A stretch of DNA of 64,000 nt from Lobosporangium transversale (lineage: Eukaryota). This document shows, piece after piece, positions 1-12,960 of the stretch; positions within the stretch are counted from its first letter, which is position 1, and each line of letters opens with the position of its first letter. A program made the position numbers and the translations under genes. The notes below the pieces were generated by a model, which saw only the letters and a list, made by a program, of their open reading frames with translations, made no database searches and had not been told where the DNA came from. Where the stretch lies: positions 310,001 to 374,000 of the forward strand of contig NW_019029000.1 of NCBI RefSeq assembly GCF_002105155.1, read 5' to 3'.

Positions 1-447
<447 letters not shown>

Positions 448-1649
448 ATCATCGTCTCTTGATATATAAACTCCTTTCTCTCATCTCTTAAGCTTAAAAA
501 CATATACTCCTCTCCACTTTTTTTTTTGCCATGTTCGACACGATTCTACCCTACTCTTTTTTTTTTGTTCAAACAATGATTTTGTTTGCCATACAATCTA
601 TACAGGCTTACGGAAATAACATACACTTTTTAAACATTTACGCAGAACCTGTTAATATTAATGTTAAATGGATGATGTGTATGATGCCGGTGTGATGGAT
701 GGTTTTATTTGAGATCTGAAATCGGGACATGTGGTACGGATTAGCTTGTTTGGGTATGACTCGATTGTTTACGCGTTTTTTTTTTTTTTTTTTTTTTGCA
801 CGTTTTCATAAAGACGCTTTGACTGAACAAAATTTGTTCAGAGGCAATAAAAGAAAAAGAATCAAGCGGAGGTAGATAATGGGCTCCTTTCCTTAACCCA
901 CATGTGGAGAAAAAGCCTTTCGGTAGGAATGAGGGGAAGCTGTCGCCTTTTTTGAAGCAAAGCTTTTTTATGGTCAAGGAAGTTTTGACATGTGAGACAA
1001 GGTTTTATTTTAAGGGTCTTAACAATTGAAGACTGGTCTACCTCAGATTGTAGGAAAGTGACAATGTTTTTTTTTTTTTTTTTTTTTTTGGTTTTTTGTG
1101 CCGAAAGTTCGTGTCTTTGAACTGTTCCACACACCATGTCAAGAAATCATACCCGGTGTATGTTCATATGCTATGAAGCAGTAAAGAGCTTTCATGGGCC
1201 CGCCCCTCCATCTAGGTATTTTCTTTGGTCTAAAAGATTTGAAAGATTGTGGTTCCCCCGCTTTTACTTTATTCTTGTTATTCTCGCTTCAGTGGGCGCC
1301 CAAAGTGACACTTCTCGGAAGGCGAGTGACAGACAAACAGGATGGATGGGGTTCTGTATTCCATATTTATGCTATTCCCTCCTGTCTTTCATGCTATGGG
1401 GCAATAAGGCAGATCTGAAAAGTAACAGTTATAAAAGCGCTCTCCAAATGATCCCTTTTCTTTTTCTTACCTTATCCTTCTTACTTTTTTATTTTATTTT
1501 TATATTTTATTTTATTTTTTTTGCAAACTAATCGGTTCACGCATTCTCCGCTCCATTCGTTCAATCGTTTCATCAGCTCTCCTGATCATTTGACTCCATT
1601 GCTCTGTTACACTTTGACTTTATTTCGTTGACATTAAAAAAAAAAGAAA

Positions 1650-4249
1650 ATGGAGCAAAATTCTTCATCCTCGGCTGTAGCCCGTCTTGCCGCTGTCCAA
1701 AATCATCTCGCTATCCAGCCTTGCTTCCAGCGCTATGCTATCCATAATGACAAGCCAACTGGTCCTGCTGATCTGGCCCGCGAGCGTGCTAATGCTTCAT
1801 TCAAGGTTGAGGATATGACCGAGGTCCTTCTTCGTGGCAAGGAGAACGCTGAAGCTGTTGTATGTATCGTTGATTTTACATTGAGATAGCAGCAGTGCAT
1901 CCAAATTCAAAAGTACATATTGTAATTCTTTTATTCACACTCATGCTTCCCCTTCCCCTATCTATGCTTATATTCGTAACAGGCCGTTGCTTTCCAAATG
2001 GTTCAACGCGACCCTGATCTCCGCATGCGTGACGGCCACCACTACGATTTGACTAGAGCTGAGGATCGTGAGCAGACGATGCGTCAGATTGCTCGTACAG
2101 TCGAGTTGAAGAAAACTATCAAGGATCCTCGTCTCCGCCAGGCCTTATTCATGGCTATGGCTTTCTATTCCGAGTCGTACTCGATGAGGATGTATGTCCA
2201 CGACATGTTGTTCAAGCAAGCCTTGTTGCTCTTTGGAACTGCTGAGCAGCAGGACAAATGGATGGATGACATCGAGAACTGGAGAGTTATCGGATGTTTC
2301 GCAATGGTAAAAAAAAAAAAAAAACTATCCATTTTTAATTTCCGTATGACTGAAACTGGATGATGTTTGTAATTCCTTTTCTTCTATTATTGACGTTGTA
2401 AGGATGGAATTGTCTTTCTGTGTTTAAAAAACTAGACTGAGTTGGGACATTCTTCCAATTTGCGTGGATTGGAGACGACTTCGACATATGATCGTGCCAC
2501 TAACGAGTTTGTGATCCACTCTCCGACTTTGACCGCCACCAAATGGTGGATCGGAATGTCAGGAGAGACTGCTACACACACTGGTAAGAATACTTTGTCG
2601 TCTAGTAATGCTGTGTTACGTACTGCATGCGGGTCTTCTCTTTTGGGTTGTGAAATATTGTGATCTGCGAGTGGGGAAGCGCAATTGTCCCAAAAACCCA
2701 ATAATAAGTAAGGGGAGGGGTTTTGTTGTTTAAAGTGACATCTGAGACTATTTAAATATTTATCATAAATCCTGATGGTGAACATCATATTTTTCCACAT
2801 CCCTTTTGTTACACAGTTGCCATTTGCCAGACTATTGTCGATGGAGAGAACCATGGCATCAACTGGTTCATTGTTCCCCTTCGTGACCCCAAGACTGGCC
2901 GTCTCTTGCCTGGTGTCACCTGTGGTGATATCGGCCACAAATCATCTCGCCAGGGTCTTGACAATGGTTGGATTCAGTTCACTCAGGTTCGCATCCCTCG
3001 TGAGAACATGTTGATGAAGTGGGCTTCCATGAGCCCCGAGGGCGAGTTCACCCCCTCGCCCAATCCTGTCCTGTCCTATGCCACTTTGATTCCTGAGCGT
3101 TTTACCATCCTCACCGGCTCTCAAGTTGTGTTGGCTCAGTCCTTGACGATCGCCATCCGCTATGGAGCTGTTCGTCGTCAGGGTAACCACGATGAGCAGA
3201 TTCTGGATTACCAGACTCACTACACTAGCTTGATGCCCGGAGTCAGCTTCATCTACATGCTAAACATTGTGGACCGTGAGTTGTTCGACAAGTGGGATCA
3301 AGTTGCAGAGTATGCACAGACAGATGCCGGTGCATTCATGCGTGAGATCCCAGATCAACACGGAGTCTCCGCAGGATTCAAGGGTACTCTTGCATGGTAT
3401 GTGACTGAAGTGCTTGAGTCCTGCCGTCGTGCCTGTGGTGGACATGCTTACTCTGCCTACAACTCGATCGCCGGATTGATCGGTGACTACGGAGTAGTGA
3501 CAACTGGAGGCGGAGATAACGTTGTGTTGATGCAGCAATCGGCCCGTTACTTGATCACAACCTTGAAGTGGGCTCAAGAGGGACAGGAGGTCGTTGGATC
3601 TGTCAGCTACTTCAACGAGTACAAGAAGATCTTGTCGCACAACAAGACCACGCTCCAAGATCCCCGTGATCTCTTGAACCATGAGTTTGTGATTGACGTC
3701 TTGACATGGGCCTGCGCTAAGAAGGCAACTGAGTTGGCGGAAAAACTGACAGAGGCAGGCAAGGCCAATTTTGACCAAGCATGGAATGCTAACCAAGTCG
3801 AGCTAGTTCGCCTAGCAGATGTGCATGCATGGAGATACTTCTTGATTTTGTACCAGCGTGGTATTGATCGCGAGAAGAACAAGTCCGTATACCCTATGCT
3901 CCGCAAGATGGGACAATTGATGAGCACGTTTGCTATCCGCAAGCACTTGGATCTGTTCTTGGAGGAAAGCTACTTTGATGGATCGCATGCTAAGCTTGTT
4001 CGTCAATTGTTCTTGGATCAATGCAAGGATCTCCGTAAGGATGCAGTGCCCCTTGTGGATGCTTGGACAATTCCAGACTTTGTTCTCAAGGCACCTATTG
4101 GCAAATATGATGGAAACATTTATCCTGCTTACTTCGCCACCGTCAATGCCGCCCAGAAGTCTTACGACCCCCCTGCATACTGGCACAAGTATGCCGCACC
4201 TTTGGTCAATGCACCTCGCCCTGGCGAGAAGAAGGGATGCCAGTGCTAA
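1650..4249 (+). CDS. Peroxisomal acyl-CoA oxidase, 4 exons (about 1650-1859, 1983-2306, 2436-2583, 2817-4249)
   Basis: Spliced ORFs join in frame at GT-AG introns. Motifs [26 protein letters not shown]...[20 protein letters not shown] and GGDN are typical of acyl-CoA oxidases. Confidence 0.95.
2635..2787 (+). ncRNA. Candidate intronic H/ACA-like two-hairpin RNA in acyl-CoA oxidase intron 3
   Basis: Hairpin 1 (ttttggg 2641-2647 with cccaaaa 2689-2695), hinge ATAATA at 2701-2706 (ANANNA), hairpin 2 (ggggttt/aaatcct, tgtttaaa/tttaaata), then ACA at 2782-2784. Folded by eye only. Confidence 0.25.
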
Positions 4250-4640
4250 TCAAAAGAATACGTTTTTTTGAAAACTTTAATATGCCCATTGTACAAAGAA
4301 AACAATAAAATTGTAAAGATGAAATACATATTCCTTGTTATATACTTTGTATGATGAGCGCGCTTTACAAGAATTGATCGTAAATCGTGCGGCTCCATCG
4401 TTCATTGGGCTATTCAATGCGCAGTATATGAAAAATTGGGACTGCAGGTGATTGGTGGTCACGGAGAGAGGTAATGGCCGTTGGAGATCCGATGAGAAAA
4501 ACCTAAACCTTTAAATTTCCCTATAAATCTCTCCACACTTTCTGGAAATCACTCTCTCTTTCTTTTTCTCATCTTTCCTATAACCCAAATCCTTCCATAC
4601 AAGAATCTTCAAGTACAATAAATCTGTAACAAAATACTAA

Positions 4641-4674
<34 letters not shown>

Positions 4675-4675
4675 T

Positions 4676-5889
4676 ATGCCACCATCTTCATCCATGCATA
4701 TTCCTTCCCTCTTTAATGTCAAGGACAAAGTCGTTCTCGTCACTGGCGGAAGCCGTGGGTAAGTGAAGGGATATTCAAAATGAGGGAAAAAATCATTGAC
4801 AGCCTTAGAACTGACTGATTACGCTCTCCACCCTTTTCCCTTCACACGATATGATGGTATGGTGATATGATGATATGGTGATATGATTGATAATATTTAT
4901 AAATGTCCATTTATTCATTATGTGCATTACATCATTAGAATTGGCTTAATGATCGCGCATGGATTCGTTGCGAATGGAGCCAAGGTATATATCTCTGCTC
5001 GTACCGCTAAGGACTGTGATAAGGTTGCGGAAGACTTGATGAAGTTGGGACCGGGTCAATGTTTCTCCATTCCAGCGGATCTTCAGAGCTTGCAGGAAGT
5101 CCAACATTTGGTTAGAGAAATTTCAAAACGAGAATTAAGTAAGGAAACTAGGTTTATTTTTTATTTTTTTTTTATTTTTTTTTTATTTTTTTTTTATTTT
5201 TTTTTTATCCAGGACCATATAAATAATATATATCTGCTTTACTGTTTTACGATTTGACTTGTCTCTAGAGGTTCATGTCCTTGTCAACAATGCTGGGGCC
5301 AACGTAAGTTTGGCTTATAGCGTTGATATAGATGTCCTTCGTATCCTGATCTCAACCTAATTCTCTTTCTTTTTATTATTATTATTAATAAAAAAAAAAG
5401 TGGGCAGCTCCTATCGAGTCTTATCCGGACAGCGCGTTCGAAAAGGTCATAAACCTCAATCTCAAGCGAGTCTTCTCATTGACTCAAGCCATGCTCCCAC
5501 TTTTATTAGCTACTGCGACGGAGACCCATCCAGCCTCTGTAATCAATATTGGGTCTGTGGATGGAGTTCGTAACCCTATACAGGAGACTTATGCTTATTC
5601 GGCTTCCAAGGCTGCATTGCATCAAATGACAAAGGTCATGGCGGGCCATTTGGGCTCTAAACATATCACTGTGAATGCTATTGCTCCAGGGCCGTTCGAG
5701 AGTAAGATGATGGCAGCGACCCTGCAAAATTCAAAGGATGAGATTGTACGCGGTATTCCCTTGGGAAGGATTGGCCAACCAGAGGATTTAGCTGCTACCG
5801 CTATCTATTTGGCTTCCAGAGCTGGGGCATACACTACTGGAGCCATCATTCCTGTCGACGGTGGTCTGTTGGTTAAGCCTAGAGGTTAA
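4676..5889 (+). CDS. Classical short-chain dehydrogenase/reductase (FabG/RhlG-like), 4 exons
   Basis: ATG 4676. VLVTGGSRG|IG Rossmann motif split by intron 1, 35-nt exon 5269-5303 encoding LVNNAG, catalytic YSASK, and VNAIAPG and IPVDGG motifs. Confidence 0.93.
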
Positions 5890-6071
5890 ATTAAAATGTA
5901 TTAAAAGAAGGCCAAAATAAATATTAACATCGCAATAAGCAGCAAGGATATGTCAAGCCAATCAAAACGGCAAAGTCCTTAGAACTGGATTGGGTTTGAG
6001 CCATAAAGGAGAAAGGGTTCTCGTAATGGTAATTGAAGTCCGGACATTCCCAGCTATTACGATGATAGGAT

Positions 6072-6103
<32 letters not shown>

Positions 6104-6379
6104 ACACACACATGTAATAGAACAAAAGGAGCCAGCCTCTGTGTCTGTGTCTGTACGTGAAGCCAATGGAACATTGCCTATTAATGACATTTTATATCAA
6201 TCCACACAAAAATAAGCTTGTGCCTTAAAAAAGGACTTGTACAAAAGAAAAGTCATAGTGGTTACGCTTGTCAAACAAGTATACATTTCTTTTGAATCTA
6301 TTGCATGTGCATATTTATTTTATTTATTTTTGTTTACAATAATTTGATGCCTTATTAAATGTATGAATAGGAAGGTGCT

Positions 6380-6408
<29 letters not shown>

Positions 6409-6413
<5 letters not shown>

Positions 6414-9400
6414 GCAGAGCTAATTGTAAAAGCTCTTTCAACTGCTTGGACACAATATCTGAGGTCGTTCTGACTGTCAGACGATACATCTAGTAATGAT
6501 AATAATAATAACAAAGATGTAAGACGAGGTGTATATCCATATAGTGAAGTTAAAATAAAAAATTGGGAAAAATGTTCAAAAAGGTTATTTATCAACTTAC
6601 ATCTGTCTCGCGATTAGGTTCTAGACGCACAAGACATCCGACTTTGCCACTCAGCGAAGTGTTGTAGACGCCAGTGGCAACAAAATTGCCGGGCTTAGGA
6701 TCGACATTGTCACAAACACCTAACCGATTGCTAACAATGATAGAACGGGCCTTTTCCAGATTGATCTTCTCAGACGATTTGAAAACAACTTGTACCTCTC
6801 GTGGTGAGCCACCAATTTGTTTCCAGCGTGCAAAAAAGTCTGCGCTGGAGAGTTGGATAGGCTCAATAAATCGCGAAAGTGTAACAGGCAACTTGAGGTA
6901 AATACTCTGAATGGAGCCTGCTTGATACGAGATACGGATGAGTGGTACCTCTGTAACGATCTGCTGGCACTCCAAGCTGTAGAGCTGCTGAATTTGAGTC
7001 GAGGGTCCAATTGAAGTAGCCAGTGTATGTGAGCTGGCGATAACTAGACCTTCTGGTGCCTCCACCGTAACTGAGAAGGAGTTGAGTTGAGTATGTGTCT
7101 TATTGCCAAAGTACATGGCCAGACGGCCCAAATGCCCATGATATTCAGACTTGACACCAATCTGCAGAATGCTGTCCTCGTACAATACGCCATCAGCACC
7201 ATCCCGTAGACGGTTGTACCAGATTTCATATCCAGGAGCCAATTGATCCTTCCAAGCCAATCCAGGCTTTGAGGCTGCATTTGTCTGTGAGGCGGGGTTT
7301 GATGATCCATTGGCGGTCGGTTTTCCTTCCTCATCCTTAGTACCAGCAGAAGAGCTAATATTAGTATTGTTCATCCCTGACACTAGGTCATCCACAGATG
7401 TGCTCTCGTTCTTTTCTCTGCTAGCAGCAATTAAGTTTGCGGGGGTCTTCTCGTTCGAATCCTTGCCACCAATGTTCCAAGTTCTCTTGTCTTCGGTCTG
7501 GTTAGTCTTCTCATTGAGTCGAGAGAGCAATGCAGACTCACGTTCTGGGAATTGTGGCATTTCCTCACAGACCGTCTGAAGGAGATCATCTGTGGGCATG
7601 GTAGCAATGGCCATGTATTCACACGCACGCTGCTGCAGCTCTGCATCCAGAACATGGCGGTATTGGTTAAAGACTGCCAAAATAGCGCCCTTAATTTCTG
7701 GGAACAAGTTGACAAACTTGATATATGTTGAAAGCAATAATGCCCGGGTTCCTAGCGAGCACAGTCCGAATCGAGCATGAAGCGTGTTGAATTGTTCGAT
7801 TGGTGATGCTCCTGGGATATTAGCAATTAAATGTCCGTATTCTCCCAAGATATAACCTCCAACCTTAAGCATATTCTCGTGACAGTGTGGCGAGCTCATA
7901 TAATGCAATACCATTTTGGCAGCATACTCTTGCAGGTTTTCGTGGTTGGTGACAATTTGAACAACTCTGTACCAGACTTCCTCTCCTACATGATCTCCAG
8001 CAGAGCTGATAAGCTGCAGGATGACGTCCACATACCATGAGTGCTCTGTGGCATATTTTTCTGTCATGATGGCAATCTTGAGTACCATCTCCTCACGAAG
8101 TGCGTAATCTGCAATATGGAGATATCGGATCAATTCTGACACGATCGTCTTGGCATTTGAAACATCGCACATACTATAAAGCAAATCCAGGCCACGACGG
8201 CGAACGCTGATATCCTTGTCCCGCAAAGATAAAATAATGGTCTCCTCATGCTTCTTGATCTCATCTAGTTCATCCGTCACTGCCGCCAAATGGGCCATGG
8301 TTTCCAATCCAAGATAACGGACGTTGGTCTCCTTCGACAAGATGAAGCGTGCAAGAATGTTGGTCGCCTGGCGAACAATGTCAGATTCGCAGTCCAAATG
8401 AATTGCCAGATTAATTGCTTCGAATAGAATAGCATTCTGTGCGTTATTATGCTGAACGTTTCTGGGTGTCTCTTGCGAGTTGTTGATGATGGTTTGAAGG
8501 ACGTTATGAAGCATTTCAGCCATGTTGGGATCCTCTGAATGGCAGAAGTTAAAGAAAAAAAAAAGTAAGTATAGCTATTTATCATTCATTATTTCACCGA
8601 TCTCAGATCTATTCTTTGGGCACGAACCTGTTGGAGGGAAATATTGCAAGAGACGAAGAAGCTTGACTTGGAGCCATGGGATTGGGATCTTGTAATATAC
8701 ATAGTCTGCTGAAAAATCTCTTTCCACGATGACCTATAGTTGAAGTAAATGGAAATTATTGTCAGACAAAGATTATCTATTTTTCTCTTTGCGTTAACTA
8801 AGCACTCCCAAACAGTCTTGGTTATCAAAGGCCTACCTTGTGAAGCCGCATGATAGCCTTTGGAACAGCCATCATGAAAGATTCAGGGTATTGTTGTGCA
8901 AGTGCCGTAATAAGACTGGCCACGGAAAGGCACACGCCAAGATCATAGTCGTCAATGATATTCGTAATACGTTCAGCCCAATCAGGCGCCGGAATGACAT
9001 CAGGATGTTTTCTGAAGAGGCGGAGCATTGTCAATGCAGCCTTCTTTTTAACAAAACTCTTGGAGTTACTTTTAATCGTCCATTAAGACAAATTAAAAAT
9101 AGGATAAAATGTGGGAGGCGAAATATATATATATATATATATATAAATGTGAGCACCGTGGAAGATCAGAGCCAAAGATTTCCCTTTGATAACAAATGGT
9201 TTTTTATATGCTTCTAACATGCTCTGATGTTGATCCATTGATTAGTTACTTACGGCGACACTAGAAGACGATGGACATCGCCTGCTAGCGACTCGGCCAT
9301 CTCTCGGCCTCCAATGTTGGCAATAGCATGCAGGGCTAAGCAGTTGTGAATCTCATTGTTATCATCCAGGTCCTTTCGAATAGAATTGACCACTAAGCGG

Positions 9401-10190
9401 ACCAGATCACTATTCTCATGCATCAATAGTGTTATCCCGAGATATCCCTATTAAAACAGAAACGGTCGATTGACAGTTAGCAAATAGGACTTGACGAAAA
9501 GAATGAAGACAGCATTTTTTTTTTTTTTTTTTTTTTTTTCACCCTCTGTGATTAGAATATACAAAAACTAAAGAGTCGAGAAACGAAAGATGATCCTGCA
9601 AAATGATGTCCGAGGCTTACAATCTGCTTTTCACTGTACTTTGTACTTGAGATGAGGTTGACTGCTTCCATGTGTCCAAAGTCAATATCCCATCCTAGGA
9701 TATACATGTACAACAGCTTGCAAACATATTTCTTTTTGTCATAGCCGCTCAGGTTGCCATCTATTATCGCACAACAATGACAATTGGACAAAGGAAACAG
9801 AGCCAGATAGACAATGGTCAGCGATATACCTAGTTTCAAGACAAAAACAAAAGGAAGAAGTAAAGGAATATATATATACCTTTAAACTTTTGGCGGATGT
9901 TGGCCATCTCTTTATTGATTCTCTTTTCCTCGAGTTCGCGGACACGGCCTATTCACACAGATAGCGGGTCGAGAAAGAGAAAGAGAAAAAGGGTACGAGA
10001 GAGAATGTGTAAGAGAGAGATGGTTATTATCGTCTTTTAGTTGGTGCAATGGCATGGCGACCACTTAACATCCTTCCATGTGTATAAATGTATATGTTCC
10101 TGACTCAATTCAAGCTGGGAAGTCATCACTGTTGTATGACTTACAATTGCGAATGTCCGCGATGAAGACAGTTAATCCACGCATAGCCAT
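6409..10190 (-). CDS. APL3: AP-2 adaptor complex alpha subunit (alpha-adaptin), multi-exon
   Basis: Starts [15 protein letters not shown] at 10190. Contains [41 protein letters not shown] and [11 protein letters not shown], and the appendage domain ([24 protein letters not shown]). Last exon MYRLTVRTT...LALL stops at 6409-6411. Confidence 0.96.
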
Positions 10191-12871
10191 GTTGAACTAG
10201 AATAATTGGGTCTCTTTTCCAAGACAGTAATAGAAGATTGGATATGAAGCGACGATGAATGTAAAGAGATTGACCGTTGCAAGGTTGTCTTTTTTCACGT
10301 CAGCAATTGATGACACAGAAAAAAAAGGATTTCCAACAGGGAAATTGAAAGAGAAAGAGAAAGTGTGCTTGAATGGATAAGAAAGTGAGAGAAGGAGAGA
10401 AGGATGGATGGATGGATGGGATGGATGATGAGGGTTGAGAATAGGGAAATGAAAAAGAAAAGATGGTTTAGAAGTAAAACAGAGATGATGGAAAATGGGA
10501 AATTGAATCAGACTGTTCTGCATATTTTCTGAAACTTACTCCTCTCCGCTCATGTTCATTTCAATTATTAAACGCGTTTTTGAGTGGCTGAAGCGTAGCA
10601 GAGTTAAAGAATATGCACCCATCAGATTTCCCCACGCATAGGATGGTATTCATTGTGCACTACATCCCACTAACCGAGTAATAAAGGCAAAAAAACGTCT
10701 TTCTCACCGAATAAGGCCTTGACATACCTTCAAGATTTGATGCGTTCCAATATTCACACTACCAAAGATAAAACACGATTATCCAAGGCAGGAATACCGA
10801 TCCGCATTTTTATAATAGACTACAATAAAAAGAGAAGATAAAAATAAAGGAATCTTTTAAGCGAGAGCACCAGAAAGGATGTGCAAATGATTAAAGATCG
10901 TAGAAGACAGTAAATATTTCCTTTGAAATGGTGATGGTGACACAATAGTCGTCTTGATTGGACTGTGCACTGCATGTTCAAGCTAAAAGTGCTTTTGATA
11001 ATTTCCGGGATCGACATTAGCTTGTAAATTAATAACATCAGATAGGTAAAAAAGAGTTTTTTAATTTTATTTCAAGGAAAAAATACCATCGATCCAGCTT
11101 GCAAAAAAAAAAAAAAAAGTCGAAGGTCGTTGTCTTTTACGCACTCTTCTTTACTTTTAATAATGTGCCTGCAATTGATCAAGGCTGATGCTGCAATCCT
11201 GCTCTTTTTCTACTTCTCTTGATCTGTACGTGCGATTGCTTTGCTACTGTCGACATCCGTAAGGAGCTTGGCAAATATCGGGTTCACTTATTATTCTAAT
11301 AATATTTACGGCCATGAGTGAGTATAAAATTATCCCACAACTCAAATGATAACGCTGGCGCAGCTGCCTTTATCTTCCTTTCTCTCCTTTTCTCTCCCAA
11401 TAATCATATTAAATATATGAATCCTTACCAATAGCTGGTTATGAAATGATCATATCTAGTCAATACAGAACATATTTTTACTATTGCGAGAAAACAAAGG
11501 GATTGTTTCCGATCGAGTTGGAACCGCGCTTGGAAAGCTTCCTCTCTCCTTCTCTCCTCTCTTCCCCGACATATGGTCATTTGATTTGACAGATGAACTT
11601 ACACCATGATTAAAAGTATTGAAGTATCCTCGATATCAAGTGAGGATCCTACTGGTAATCTCTGTAAAGAATTTAGTCTAAAATATCGGATCAACAACAT
11701 GTGATTCAGAGAGAGCAAGCGGAACAAATTGCAGGAACGCCTTTCTTTTTTTTGAATTTTGGAAAAAACCTTGTAATAAAATATTTAGACTTGGAGTAGC
11801 AAGTTCGTATACTTTTAGCTTTTTTTACTTTTGCAGCGTCAGGGTTGCGGCTGTGTTTGTGCAAGCCCAGAGCAGGCATGCTTAGGTTCTTAGTGTCGTA
11901 TGACGGATGCTGCGTATCTTCCAGGATATCAATGTATATACTTTTGCATTTTATTTTAGCTTTTTCGATCAAGTTGACGACTTAGATTGCGCGTATGTGG
12001 TAATTCATGCTGCGCAGACGGAGTACAATTCAGGATCTAGACATCTTAAAAAAATTGAGGCCCGGGATGGTGGAAATGTGAAACTTCATACTATGAACTA
12101 TTCCGTTATATCCCTTTAGGCGACTATTGCATTACTGCATGGCACTCTTTCCAATCACAATGGATGTAATGTTCGTTTTCAATATTGAACATATAATCAT
12201 TATATCAATGATGCTATTCCCTTCTTTCCTCTTGGTTCCGACCGTGCTGCGGAATTATTCCGTAGAATAAAAGGTATTTTTCCTTTTCTTTTCTTTTTTA
12301 CATCGCGCAGTTTTTTTTTTTTTTTTTTTTTTTTCCTACCATTTTTTTATTCGACTCCCGAAAAAACACTGGCTTCCTCTTACCTTATCTTGAGGGAGAC
12401 TACGATGGAAGGTATAGTGTCTCTCTAATAACATGTGGTAACGATGCACACTCGGCCATAGGTAATTAAAGATGCGTGCGACTATTGAATTAGGAGGATG
12501 TGACAAATGAACTAATTCAGGCATCGGGGCAGTAGGAGACCCCTTGTTTTTCCTCTCGCGGTCAGGGCTGATCTCAAAACCTTATTTGGCGTTCGATTGA
12601 AATAATGTATGGTGCATGCGCATGTTGACACGGCCTAAAAAAAAAAGATTGTAAGTAACGAAAAGCTCGCCATTGATCGCTTGCGTGTGCGATTGTTTGT
12701 CATTATAGCCATCCTTTGACAGCTTACTTCCGCGATTATGATCAAGGTGCATGGACATGGACAGGCACTGTACATTCTCGCCATACATATAAAAACCCAA
12801 AGAGATAGCATTATTTAATTTTTGTTCTTTGATTTCAACATCATTCCTTTCTCTTCAGCATCATTTCTTTT

Positions 12872-12903
<32 letters not shown>

Positions 12904-12960
12904 CCTTCTTCTCGAGTGCACTTGTAAAGCAAAATCCATCAGTTGCAACAATAATAATAA

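Noticed and set aside
4848..4891. gatat/ggt repeats with ATGATG-like words in SDR intron 1 as a C/D snoRNA
   Set aside because: It is a simple degenerate microsatellite with no downstream CTGA D box or terminal stem.
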